Of a DNA stretch of 64,000 nt, positions 51,673 through 64,000 are shown one piece after another (the stretch's first letter is position 1; every line of letters starts with the position of its first letter). The notes beneath the pieces are model-generated. The model did not search any database, had not been told where the DNA came from, and saw nothing but the letters and a program-made list of their open reading frames with translations. The position numbers and the translations under genes were made by a program. Where the stretch lies: assembly GCA_002269645.1 (NCBI GenBank), contig NIVC01001298.1, forward strand, positions 253,963-317,962. The letters are read 5' to 3'. This stretch comes from Macrostomum lignano. Its lineage: Eukaryota.

Positions 51673-52007
51673 TAGAAGTCTTTAGTTGTGCTACACAGCA
51701 GTGAGCCAGTGCAAACAACAGGAAACTGAAGAGAAGTTAAAGACAATAGAATCAGCAACAACCAAAGCCATTGCACAGCACAACAAACAGAACATGTCAT
51801 AACCACTTCAATTTGAAATCAGCTGTTAAAATTTATACGTTATGTTTTGCTATTTGATCAAGAAAAATAAACAAATTATAAATCTATATTATTTTGAATC
51901 ACATCCATCAGAAAATAGCCCAATCCAAAAAATGAAGATTTATTACACAGATGACTGATAGCTAATGCATAAAATATTGCACAACTCAGTTCCCCACAGC
52001 AACCAGT

Positions 52008-53925
52008 TCACCATTTGTTGATGCCAAAAAGCCGCACTCGATAGAACATGGGCAGTTTTGGCGCGATGGACAACACCACCAGTGACAGGGCGTTCGCGAT
52101 GAAATGAATTTGGTCGTAGCGGCTGTAGAATGTGGCCAGAAGGAACCTGAGAAATAAATATCAAGATAATTAGCGTCCGATATGTATCGAAAAATAACTT
52201 TTTAGATGATGAAAACGGTACCTAGGCAGACGCAACCCCCCTGATTTACACCGGGCGGGCGACTTACTTGTTGACCCAAAATGGGACTTACCTAAACAAA
52301 TATAACCGTAATTTTGAGTAAACGGAACAAGTAACTATGATTGTACTATCAAGGGTAAATGCCTCGTCATCTAATTAGTACTACTTGCAGATTTTTGGGT
52401 CACGGTACGAGTCGCCAAAAAGTCGTCATAGAAGCATCTAAGAGTCTATTTGAGGTGTTTTATTGTCTGCGATTCGGAAACAACTCTGGGTCCGTAGAGT
52501 CCTATCTGAGGCGTGTCAAAGTCGCTGAAGTCTACGTCACTCTATGAATTAGAATCGCATTTTGCATTCATAACAACTCTATTTAGCCTACTAGAGTTAG
52601 TAGAATATTAAGCGCAAAAGCAACGACTCTTAGACGATTTTTTTGCTCGTGACTCAACAGGCTCCGTTGCAGTACAGTCGTTTGAGTTGGTAAAAAGTGA
52701 CAAGAGAGTCGTCCCCTGAGTCGCTAGAGTCACTACTGAGTTGGTTTGCAATGACTCTTTAGAGCGGGGGTAGGCAAACTCGCCCGCGGGCCACAAGTGG
52801 CCCTCGAAACCTGTCTATCCGGCCCTCGGGTCCCTCTCTTCTCCTTTCTTTCTCTCCCCTCCCCTCTCTTCTCCTTCTTTCTCTCCCCTCTCTTCTCCTT
52901 TCTTTCTCTCCCCTCCCCTCTCTTCTCCTTCTTTCTCTCCCCTCTCTTCTCCTTTCTTTCTCTCCCCTCCCCTCTCCTTCTTTCTCTCCCCTCTCTTCTC
53001 CTTTCTTTCTCTCCCCTCCCCTCTCTTCTCCTTCTTTCTCTCCCCTCTCTTCTCCTTTCTTTCTCTCCCCTCCCCTCTCTTCTCCTTTCTTTCTCTCCCC
53101 TCTCTTCTCCTTTCTTTCTCTCCCCTCCCCTCTCTTCTCCTTTCTTTCTCTCCCCTCCCCTCTCTTCTCCTTTCTTTCTCTCCCCTCTCTTCTCCTTTCT
53201 TTCTCTCCCCTCCCCTCTCTTCTCCTTTCTTTCTCTCCCCTCTCTTCTCCTTTCTTTCTCTCCCCTCTCTTCTCCTTTCTTTCTCTCCCCTCTCTTCTCC
53301 TTTCTTTCTCTCCCCTCTCTTCTCCTTTCTTTCTCTCCCCTCTCTTCTCCTTTCTTTCTCTCCCCTCTCTTCTCCTTTCTTCTCTCCCCCTCTCTTCTCT
53401 CCTCTTTTATTTGTTCTCTCATCCTACCTATATTATCTCCCCTCCCCTTTCCACTCCTATCTGGCTCACAGACATGAGCTGAATTTTCAATTCTGGCCCT
53501 GGAGGTAAAAAAGTTCGCCAACCCCTGCTTTAGAGCGATGCTTGTCCCAGCAACGATTTTAGTGGGAATGAATGACTAGTTGTCATAATTTGAACTCACA
53601 CAACAGTGGGCACGACAAGCAGAAACTTCTTGTTAGCAGTGAACTGCACGCCATCGTCCAGCTGCTCCCAGTGGGTCAGGGTTCGGCTCTCGCCCTGGTC
53701 CAGCGGCTCAAATGGAGCGCCCTTCTCCCAGTGCAGCCACAAGTACGTGATGAAATTGTGCACCTGACAGGTGAGGGTCCAGGCTAATCCAACACTGATG
53801 AAAGGAATTGACAGAATGATGAAGTGAGCAATCAGGATGAAGATTATGTAGGTCATCCAGATGCCCCGAGAATTAAAGTAGATGTGGTTAGGATTTGGGT
53901 CCGAGTGGGCTGTGCCGACTTGCAT
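52008..53925 (-). CDS. ORMDL: ORMDL family sphingolipid-synthesis regulator, 154 aa, 2 coding exons
   Basis: Exon 1 is 53925-53600 (NPN...NSRG.W, LHWEKGAPF..DQG..R.LTHWEQLD.G.QFT..KKFL). Exon 2 is 52146-52008 (FYSRYDQIHF...PKLP...VRLFGINKW). Phase-2 GT-AG intron. Confidence 0.95.
52765..53527. mobile_element. hAT/Charlie-type MITE with an internal CT-rich tandem expansion (52830-53400), in the ORMDL intron
   Basis: Termini CGGGGTAGGCAAACT and AGTTCGCCAACCCCTG; 8 bp TSD CTTTAGAG at 52757-52764 and 53528-53535. Confidence 0.85.
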
Positions 53926-55233
53926 GGCTTGCTTGCTTTGCTGAAAGCATGATATTTAATTGAATAATTAATTGGACTCCTATCAAATATATAAAACCAA
54001 TAATATATAACTTTTTTTAATTTACTAGCATTAGGACTTCTTAATCAACCTTAAATTTCTAAGAATATTTGCACTTATTAAGGTGCTACACAAAGTAATT
54101 TTAGCTATTTTTGTTAAATAATAAATAATCTAACAACAAAATATCTCATTGCTAGTATCCCAAGTCAAAAAGTGTATATGTCTAATCAATTTGAAATTCA
54201 AAGTTGCTATATATTGTATAAGAATATATAAATTTAAATATAATATAATTGTAGTATCTGAATGTATTTGCTTTAGAGTGAATAGAATAAATAAAATTTG
54301 CTTAGTGTTAATTATAAGACAATGCTATTAAGAGTGCCATACAAGGTACCTACGAACTAGCTGCAAAATTAGCTGCTATTATTATTATTATTGTTATTAT
54401 TATTATTATTGATAAAAACATTGACTTTTCAAGGTACAAAATTGCAGCAATAGTGTAATAGATATTATTAGTATATTATTATATTAATAATATTATATTA
54501 CATAAAAAAACTGAAAAAACCTAGCCTATGTTTTTTGCTGATACTAAGTTTTGAAATTACATATAGAGTCTAACTTCAAGATGCTATAGGCCTAATACAT
54601 CTATTGCAAAAAATTCCCTATTACGAATTTACGATATAGTTCGTATTGAAAAATATTTGCTAACGAGATATTCTAGCATTCGTGCTAATGTGTTTTAAGG
54701 TCAGCGTTGACAGACAGAAGCTTTTCAACATGATAACTTATGAGTCAACTCGTATGTCTTCTGTGTTTAAAAAGGCTTTAAAGTCACTGATATACTAGAG
54801 GCACACACGTTATCTAAGCTCGTGCTAGTAGCAGCACGGAGAGTGTCACCGTCAGGCGACAGACCGTACCAGTACCAGTCAAAAAAAGATTACGGTCAAA
54901 CAACTTGAAACTTTAAGATAAGAAATAAAAACATATAATATCGCAATGCAATAAATCCATAAAGTCTAAATTCTAGGAACATTAGGGGCATGTTGAATTT
55001 CTAAAGGCTCAGTATAACTAGTTAAAACAAACAATACTATGTTTTTTTCATACTTACAGTGTAAATTTTTTTACAAGCATTCAGATGTAAAATTTATAAA
55101 TGTATAAACATTTTAAAATATTTAATACTGTTTTTAAAAGAAGTTTTTTAGCTTTATGCGAAATTTTAGTTTGATGGAATTATAGCATTTTTGCGACGTG
55201 ACTTTAATCGCAAATCTTTTATATTAAGCTAAA

Positions 55234-58168
55234 ATGCCTATCTTTTCATCTAGTGTACGGCCTAAATGTGACCTAACAGTCACTCGCTACAAAAATTTCT
55301 CGGTCCAAATCTGGTAAGTTTAGTTAGAGAGCATATGGAGCATATATTTTGAGAAATTTATATCAGTACAGAATGGACGCTTGTAAAACGGTAAGATTTT
55401 TAGATAAAATACTAATTTGTCGTTAGCGCACTTCACTTACTAATGACAGGATCTACACAGAAATATAAAGCAAAATTCGTTCTTTGTGGAGCACATTGTG
55501 GAGCACAGACTAGTTAAGCCAAAAAATTTTGATGATGGCCTTAAAATATATTAAAATAATTTGTTCATATAACTTTGTAAGTTTAATCAGATGTACAATT
55601 TAAAATTCTAGAAATACGACTTTGAATCTTAAAATTGATGCCATTTAAATCTCCTCAGTCAAGATAGGCTGGCTACAATTCAGTCTTTGGTACGCAACGA
55701 TGAAACACTTCTGGTTGTGTGTGGAATCGACAGTCATTTTAGCCAGGGCAGTCAGCAGTTGTTCGACTACCTTCTGTTCAATGTTAATCAAAAGAGAGCT
55801 GCTGAAATCGAACGGTACGATTAAATCTATAAGTCTTCTTTTTTAAAATAAAAAAGTACTTTATCAAATAATTGAAATGTGTTAATATTCGAATTTTTGC
55901 AGGACTAAACTTGAAGACGAGCACTTTGACGATGTGGTCCTGTCAATTAGGCGAAATCGCGTTCAAGTCTATTTGAACCCCGCGAATTATTGGTTCTACT
56001 TGCCCTACGTGGCTTGCTGGCCCAATCTAGATATTCATTGCGCCCCAGATGCACTGGTAACTGATTACTTGACTACATACTACTGCTATTAGTAGTTAAT
56101 CAGTATTTATTTAATAAATTATGTTCACTATTCCAGTTTGACGACCAAGATGTCATGGAGGAGTTGAAGATGAAATTTCTTATTCAAGCTGTTGATGGAT
56201 GCAACTCTGTCTGCGTAGCCTATTACGGCAAAGGTGAGTTTGCGTCCGAAAATTGGTAGAGGATAACAATTACCTGTGTACATCATCCTAATTATCTAAG
56301 CTACGACTCGTGTAAAATTTCATTACAGATCACCTAGCAGAGTCTGCAGGCTTTTCTCCCATGCTGGTGGAGAAGTGGCCGCTAATTCAGGCTTACGCCG
56401 TGGACGGATTTGGAGTGTTAGTGTGGCAGTTTATTGACATCGCGATGCGCGAGAGATACAGAATTAGTAGACTGTGGTTTTCAAGTTTAACAAATAGGGG
56501 GTTGTAGCCAAGTGATTAGAGCGACGGACTCACGACTGAAAAGTCGTGGGTTCGAATTTCGAACCTCTAGAATAATTTGTGTCCTTGAGCAAGACACTTA
56601 ACTCTGCATTGCTTCAGTTCACCCAGCTGTAAAATGGGTGCCAGGATTAGCTGGGGTAATTGAGGGTTTTGTTTGGCGACCCCCCAGTCCTTGGACTGAA
56701 CAGCCGTACGCAGCCTTCAGATGCGCCACGCAATAGCTGCGGCTGAGCTGGCGGTTGCACATTGGATGTTTAGTGTGAAGAATCCCTTTATAAAGACAAT
56801 CAAAATCACACAGAATCCAACTCTTTCAGTGGTACATTTTTCACCTTGAAGCACCAACTTCGCGACGTTAGCAAGGATGTCTTCGGCTTGATCCAGTCGG
56901 TGGACGCTGTGGCGGTGGAGGACCTCACTGATAAGGTAATTAAGATACCAGAACGCTATCGATCAGAGCTAAAGTTTTAATTCCGAGTAAAATTAATATT
57001 TTCATCTTTCAGCCACTAAAGCCGTTCAAGAATCAGTTCGATTCGGTGTTTCAAACGATTGACTTTCTTGCTGGACGCAGCGAGCCTCAGCTGGTCTTGG
57101 AGGAAAAATCATTGAACCAGCTGATTGAGGTGATAGTTTGAGTAATGTTGCAAACAGAAATGTTTGAAATTTGAAACTCAAAACTTTATCATTTACAGCC
57201 ATTTCGATCCTATGCTCGACATGAGATGACCGGAAAGTCTGAGCTGTCCGCTGGGTGAGAATACCCTGTAACTCCTGATGGCAGGCTGTCTGTTTTAGAA
57301 GCTGCGTGCCCTGACAGACCCCAAATTGACCCCCCCCCCTGACACACCAAACTGACCCCCCTGACAGACACCAAATTGACCCCCCACCCTGACACACTCC
57401 AAATTGACCCCCTGACACTCCAAATTGACCCCCCTGACACATCAAATTGACCCCATTGACACACTGAATTTACCCCCCTGACACACATCAAATTGACCCC
57501 TGACACACATCAAGTTGACCCCCTGACACTCCAAATTGACCCCTGACACACATCAAATTGACCCCCTGACACTCCAAATTGACCCCCTGACACACATCAA
57601 ATTGACCCCATTGACACACTGAATTGACCCCCTGACACACATCAAATTGACCCCTGACACACTCCAACTTGACCCCATTGACACACTCCAAATTGACCCC
57701 CCCAGACACACACACGCACACTAATTGACCCCTGACCCTACCCTAATGAAAGATAATCCTTGAAACTTCATCTTTCCAATATCTACAGGTACTTACACAT
57801 GTCGCCTTACCAAACTACCATTTCTTGCAGCTTTGTCAGGGCGGGCCAGCACCCGTCCCTCCGCAGCTACCTGGCCTTCGACACTCGTCGATCCGCCATC
57901 GACCTGTTGGCAAAAACAGCCTCCACTGAGCCGGCAGCCATCAACCGGCCTTTCGCTCCTCTGGCTGCAAATTTTGTAAGTAGAGAACCAGAAAACAGAA
58001 CATAATCTCTGCACTGCACTACTCATGCTAGTAGCAATGCTAGAAAAAAACACTTACTAGGAATTTTTAATAATCAATACTCCCCAATGCAGATTGTGCA
58101 ATCCGAAGATCGAATCCACAGTCTGGTGTGCGCCAGAACTGGCTTCTTGCACTGGAATCTACCCGAAG
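55234..58168 (+). CDS. DNAAF9: DNAAF9/C20orf194-like protein, first 10 exons (~372 aa); gene incomplete in what could be traced
   Basis: Exons 55234-55313, 55659-55814, 55903-56056, 56137-56233, 56329-56416, 56830-56935, 57013-57129, 57199-57254, 57789-57975 and 58093-58168 are phase-compatible. Motifs recognised from C20orf194: GIDS, DDVVL.I....V..Y.NP.N....LPYVA.W.NL..HC, VEKWP.IQA.A.DG.G, FFT.K..L.DVS, EPFRSY. Confidence 0.85.
56497..56790 (+). mobile_element. tRNA-derived SINE in a DNAAF9 intron
   Basis: GGGGGTTGTAGCCAAGTG A-box, GGTTCGAAT B-box, and core TTTGTGTCCTTGAGCAAGACACTTAAC...CACCCAGCTGTAAAATGGGT. Confidence 0.8.
57315..57740. repeat. ~20-22 bp minisatellite (CAAATTGACCCCCTGACACAC) in a DNAAF9 intron
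   Basis: Visible degenerate tandem units. Confidence 0.9.
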
Positions 58169-58184
58169 GTAAGAAATTGACAGC

Positions 58185-58715
58185 CTGTGGCGAATGTGGC
58201 GAAATGGCGCCCTGTGGCGAAATGGCGCCCTCTCAAATAAACTGGCGCCTTCCATTTAAATGAACTTTGGCGCCCCCTCAAATGCAATGGCGCCCCCTCG
58301 AATTCAATGGCGCCCCCTCAACTGCAATGGCGCCCCCATCAAATGCAATGGCGCCACCTCAAATGAAATGGTGCCCCTCAATTGCAATGGCGCCACCTGA
58401 AATTAAATGGCGCCCCCTCAAATGCAATGGCGCCCCCTCAAATGAAATGGCGCTCCTCAATTGCAATGGCGCCACCTGAAATGAAATTGCGCCCCCTCAA
58501 ATGCTATGGCGCCCCTCAAATGAAATGGCGCCCTCAATTGCAATGGCGCCACCTGAAATGAAATGGCGCCCCCTCAAATGCGATGGCGCCCCTCAAATGC
58601 AATGGCGCCCCTTCAAATGAAATGGCGCCCCCCCTGAAATGCAATGGCGCCCCCTTAACTGCAATGGCGCCACCTCAAATGAAATGGCGCCCCCCTCAAC
58701 TGCAATGGCGCCTTT
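58185..58715. repeat. ~21 bp minisatellite (AATGGCGCCCCCTCAAATGC)
   Basis: Visible tandem units built on ATGGCGCC. Confidence 0.9.
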
Positions 58716-59261
58716 TTATTGCAACTCTAATTAGCAACAAAGAATTACGACTACAGAGCGCCTCCTCCATGGCGCCATGTCCCTCATGCTTATCCATCAT
58801 CATCTTTACTGCTTTATTTATTTATGCTTTAGTTTTTTTTCAAAAATCTCCGGTAGCCAAGCCAGTGCCAGCCAGGGTCAGGCAGTCTATAAAAAATGAT
58901 GCGATACCACTCTGACTGCAGGGCAGCATCACTCAACCATTTTTTGGTTGCAAGCTAATCAGCGCCTGACTGAGGGGGGGAGCTCTCCAGTCAGTCAGCG
59001 CTTTCGACTTTTTTAGAAGTTTTTTTGACCCTGTCAGTTTTGTAAATCAGAATCGACGAGACTATGGAGCTGGGGCCGCGGGCGAGGTGATGCCACCGCC
59101 AACCAAACACTCCGCTATCGCTTCGGCTCCATCAACTGTCAGTCTCTCCCAGTTTTTTATGAAAATATACACCACACCACCCCCACTGGTGGGCGGCCAT
59201 CAATCCTTATCCAAAGAAAGTCCGCTGTTGCGATTGGATCAATTAATTAATCAAGCTTTTG

Positions 59262-59540
<279 letters not shown>

Positions 59541-60425
59541 GCTCCCGGCATCAGCAAGGCAGTACAAACAGTATTCCCAATCGCTATAGCTGTTTGCTTT
59601 GAGTCACCCGCGGTCTCGATCAACCGTCGCTTCACAGCGCCAGTTGGTTCACCTGACCCGCTCAGGCCAGGAGCTGCATGAGTCACTGGGCCAGTCCCCC
59701 GACATCAATTTTTCTACCTCGCTTTACGCACGACCAACCCGAACAAGCCACCACCCAGCGGTATCCTAGAGAATTCAGCCCCCCTTTTCCCCGAGAGATC
59801 CTGCTGAATTACCTCCACAATTGCTAGGCCACCCCTCTGCCTTGGTTTCTGTTTCTGACTCTGCGCTCGTTTCTAGGAATTAATTAAATCTGAGCAGGTA
59901 TTTTCGATGGCATTAGGCTACTAATTAGTCCTAATTGGCGGAGCCAAGAGAGGACACGGGCCGAACGAGTTCAAGTCCTCAAATGGTCCGAAATGAACTT
60001 CCCTCACGGGTAGTTAGCGATCGTATAAAAAGATTTCCACTGCGGAAATGTGCAGCCGCATAATCTCTTGGCTTGATGAGTCTGACTGCTCATATCTGCT
60101 ATAGTATTCCTCAGTCCGATGCACGTCATTAGATCGTACGGACGATGCAAACAGAGAGCAGTAGTAATAAAAAGTCTCATAAAAATATCGAATCGAGTCA
60201 ATGATAGACCAGACGTTTATATTTGTTTAATCCAAATATTACGCACGAGTTTAAACGATTTTTATTAAACACAAAAGAAACTTTTATGTACAGTTTAACT
60301 GGTTTATATGTCCGTGTTTTTAACAAATCTGAGTCACAGTGAAGGTCAACAAGTAGTCTCATAGTGGTGCTTACCTGAGGGAGGTCCGCAACAGTATTGC
60401 AGAAGAGTTTTCTAGCGGCTCTCAC

Positions 60426-61513
60426 TCATTCCACCACATAGGTGGTGTACTGGCAACTCTCCGAACAGAACAGCCCGCGCATCCTCGTCCGATAGTCTGC
60501 CAGGAAGCAGACATGCAGCAGGAAGGCCAACGGAAAGTACACATAGTACAACAGGCTGAAGAGCTGATAGAGCGGCCGGAAGGAATCCTCTGGCAGCCAA
60601 ACTGGTCTGTGGCCCCACAGTAGCAGCAGGACGAGCAAAGGGAAGCTTAGCATGAGGTGACAGCAGCCGAGCATGATTGCCAGTCTGTTGGCCTGCACCT
60701 GCTGCTGACTCTGATGAATCCTTGGACCAGACGAAACCGCCTTAAGCAGCTGGTGCTGCTGCCGGTTGTAGGCGTGGCTGCAGCACAGGAGCTGGCAGAC
60801 CAGCACCGACAGCACCGGGACAGGGATGAGCACCGAAGCCAGGTCGCGGAAGCACTGGTACAGCACCGCGTACTCTGGTCTCAGGCCTTCGGTTGAGCTG
60901 CGAATTCGCAACACAGTTGCATTCGTCCACGAGCTGACGGCTTCAACTGACTCTTGCACCTCCTTGATCCACAGCTGGGGCAGAGAGGCAACTAGGGTTA
61001 CTATGGCAACCATCAGCACGGCGAGGCCAGCCTGCAGGCTGCCGCAGTAGGCCTGGCGTCGCATCCGCTTCACGGTCAGCCGGCGCTCCGAGCAGAGCAC
61101 CAGCAGAGTCCAGGTGTAGGCGCAGCTCAGCCAGTCGTGAAGGCCGGCGCTGACGGCCACCAGCCGAGGGTACCAGGCAAAGGTCTCGGTGTACCCTGGC
61201 GCGTGCATCGCTGCCGCCAATCCCGTCAGGCCGGCTGACATGAGCGCCAGCGAGGCGAGCTGGCAGTCGACGCCACCCCGGCAGGACTTGGCCAAACAGG
61301 CCGCGTTGAACACTGAGAACACCAAGCCGAACGTGAGCACGGATGGCAGGGTGTAGAAGTGAGCACTGCTCACCGATTCAGCAATGTCAGCCAGCACCTC
61401 AGCGCTGGAGGCTCTGCTGGCATAGCTGGATTTCGGTCCGAGCGGCGAGACACATTTTCCAGCAGCGAGCCGTTGCAGTTGTAGACAACGCAATCCAAGC
61501 AGAAGGTCGACAT
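60426..61513 (-). CDS. Orphan rhodopsin-type (class A) GPCR, intronless; 5' end appears frameshifted or spliced
   Basis: Seven hydrophobic segments; FGLVFSVFN (TM1), CSERR in place of DRY, TM4 SLPQLW, TM5 LIPVPVL, TM6 SFP. The main ORF opens at a TTG. An ATG at 61513 in another frame gives MSTFCLDCVVYNCNGSLLENVS with N-glycosylation sequons. Confidence 0.75.
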
Positions 61514-62846
61514 CTTTTTCCCTCTCTGTCTGTCTCGTTTGATGCGAAATTTTGTTGAATCTAAAAGAGAAAACACACCAGAGACCATGTAGAATTGATC
61601 GGTTTGCAGAAACTACTAAGACATTGGTGGCCCACGCAGAAAAGTATCAATTTCTGCCCCCCCCTCCAGTGGTTGAAGATAGACAGTGCATGCTGGCTTT
61701 TTGCAGAAAGTTCAGAATCCAGAAGCGGGATTTTTGGCCAGTTTTGCATGATCCCACACGCGCACAGAGCAACAGACAGGCATGGATTTCTAGATAAGAA
61801 GGGAGGTGGGGAGGCGATCAAGAGAAAGGGCAACTGAACCAGTGACACGCGCGCTGGGGTCAAGAGAAACTGCATGGCATTCAATCTGCAGGGGATCAAT
61901 TTTGGGATAGATACGTGAACATTTTGAATCTGGTGGTACTGCATAAGTGGCCAGAAATTTCCTAGCACTAGCTGACGACTATGCATGAATTCCGGGAACC
62001 GGAATAGGAACATCCGGCCAGAGATGCGTTGGGATGCCACTCGCCAAAAAAGCATTATCGCAGCCCAGACTAAAGCCAGTGTGAGTGTCCAATTCGGCCT
62101 GCGCTTAACCCTCTCAATCCAAAAGAAGTGGTGTCAATCAAAGGGCTGCATGGAGGATGTCTGCCAGTTTCTTATGCTACTTCATCCTAGCGAATGCCTC
62201 CCAAGGGTTGTCTAGCTGCAATTTTCTTTCTTCTTCTTCTTCTTGCTTTTTCTCTGGCCATGGAACATCTCTGCAAGGCCAAGCAAAGTCAATTATGCTA
62301 ACAGAGTGCAGTGGCTCCTCGTCTGCATGTCTACAGAGCCTTTACTTACTAAATTTGGCGCATTTACATATTTGTGAGCCGCCCCAGCTGGACCCCACTG
62401 TCAAAAGTTTGCACAGGAAGAATGTATTTATGCTAAGCATTCTGTCCGCTGGAGCGCATGCGGCATGTCGCGAGAAGTCCTCCCGCTTGAGCCAGTCAAA
62501 GGAACCATATGGGCTCCTCATTGATGCTCAGACTCAACCACCTCTATACACATTTATCCCCGAGGGCCTGAAACTACTGTGAAGGAATGTCTCCTGTTTT
62601 ACATATTTCATAAGCATCGACCATGCAGTTATCCCCTATGTAGCTGGGCAAAATTATCAACCGCATTGACCCGTACTTGGGACGTGTCAACTGAGGACAA
62701 ATATAGTACGAGTATATTTTCAAGCACAGCATTTGATAAGACTCTGTCAAGGACCACTAAACATTTGCATCTGGATTTCACACTCCCATTCTAGGGAACT
62801 TAAACCGAAGACTCGATTAGCTAGTTCTAATATACTAGCTAGTGTT

Positions 62847-62990
62847 GACACCAATTTTACAGCTGGGTGAACTGAAGCAATGCAGAGTTTTAAGTGACCT
62901 GCTCAAGGACACAAATTGTTCTCAGATTGGGAATCGAACCCCCGACCTTCAAGTCATGAGTTCGACGCTCTATAACCACAAGGCTAACCC
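62847..62990 (-). mobile_element. tRNA-derived SINE, same family as 56497
   Basis: The reverse complement contains the tRNA-like head, GGTTCGATTCCC, and the TTTGTGTCCTTGAGCA...CACCCAGCTGTAAAAT core. Confidence 0.8.
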
Positions 62991-63779
62991 TATGTCCTTT
63001 TACAGCTCTTAGTGAGTTCATGATTCTTACGTTTTAAAAGTCGAATCTTCTTCCCGGATGCTTGCAGTTCAGCTGTTGCACAATTGGCATGGTAAAGTCG
63101 GTCTTAAATCAGTTAACCTACGCAGTTTTTGCAGAGTGAGTGCGCCAAATTCCTCGATCTATTCGCCCTGCTGTCTGTCTCCAGTCTTGCTTCTTGCTAT
63201 CGACACTTTATATCCCCACTGACCCGGAAAAATTGCCCATAGGCTGATAGCAGTGGGCAGACTGGGGTTGGCTGCGCCGCTGGCCATTTAGGAATCTAAT
63301 GCAGTCTGTAAATGCAGTCTTGGCTGAATATTATGCGCATTGAAATTGAGTGGCAGCTGCAGCAGCAATAGGGGGAGGGGTCAAGTGAGCGAATGGTCCC
63401 GTATTTGTGTGCTTGTGGGAGCTGCCGACTGTCTATTGCTCAGCCCAGCCTGCAGACAGCTGTCAGAGGCGCTTAAACTCAAAACACGCAATTCAGGCAA
63501 CTGTGTAGCCTCTCTAATGTGAAAAGTTATATTGCAATAGTTTCAAAATAGCAGGCGAGGATTATTGCCACGATGCAGGCTCTTACTCATCAAATATATT
63601 TTCTCGTGTCGTTGTAGCCTAGGCAGTATTGACAGGCAATTAGTTTTATCTACTGGCAAAGCTGCATTGGTTACTAGCTAAGTATAACTAATTAAATGAA
63701 TTAGACAAAACTAAAGTGGGAAACTGGAGTTGGGGATACATTTCTGAACGACTAGTAATATAATAATATTGCGTAATTG

Positions 63780-63813
63780 TATTAGTAGTAAGTAGTAGTA
63801 TAGTAGTAGTAGT

Positions 63814-63854
<41 letters not shown>

Positions 63855-63939
63855 TAGTAGTAGTAGTAGTAGTAGTAGTAGTAAGTAGTAGTAGTAGTAG
63901 TAGTAGTAGTAAGTAGTAGTAGTAGTAGTAGAAGTAGTA

Positions 63940-63982
<43 letters not shown>

Positions 63983-64000
63983 AGTAGTAGTAGTAGTAGT
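63780..64000. repeat. (AGT)n microsatellite, running off the window
   Basis: Directly visible. Confidence 0.98.

Noticed and set aside
52733-53521. 262 aa Arg/Glu/Lys-rich ORF and its Leu/Ser/Pro antisense
   Set aside because: CT-rich repeat inside a MITE in the ORMDL intron.
56497-56580. tRNA-like sequences here and at 27570, 62900 and 11174
   Set aside because: No complete cloverleaf; each is followed by a shared SINE core or tail, so they were called SINEs.
61560-63600. Short ORFs that might be further DNAAF9 exons
   Set aside because: No convincing match to the expected downstream DNAAF9 motifs with usable splice sites.

Overview
Eukaryotic (metazoan) genomic DNA with GT-AG introns, GC-rich exons and very dense mini- and microsatellites. 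The style resembles a free-living flatworm such as Macrostomum, but that is an inference only. Host genes: a two-exon stand-alone BPL_N/class I glutamine amidotransferase-like gene; a cluster of intronless secreted PAN-like + LamG/ConA-like genes (3 intact copies of 341 aa, 1 deleted copy, 1 fragment); a WSC-like fragment; a 4-exon secreted PAN + fibrinogen-related gene; two convergent cytidine deaminases; ORMDL; the first 10 exons of DNAAF9/C20orf194; and an orphan rhodopsin-type GPCR, probably nested in a DNAAF9 intron. Mobile DNA: an apparently intact 6.9 kb EnSpm/CACTA transposon (transposase plus a spliced BEN-domain partner gene) nested in a TG..CA LTR-like element, itself inserted in a satellite. 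Also a second LTR-like insertion in another satellite, a 5'-truncated LOA/R1-group LINE with a 14 bp TSD, a Gypsy gag remnant, a hAT-type MITE with an 8 bp TSD, and tRNA-derived SINEs. The best candidates for new biology are the mosaic lectin-like gene cluster (near-identical cores, diverged flanks and binding domains) next to a PAN-FReD gene, the BEN-carrying EnSpm element, and the stand-alone BPL_N enzyme. No databases were searched; family calls rest on motif recognition and manual reading of splice phases.
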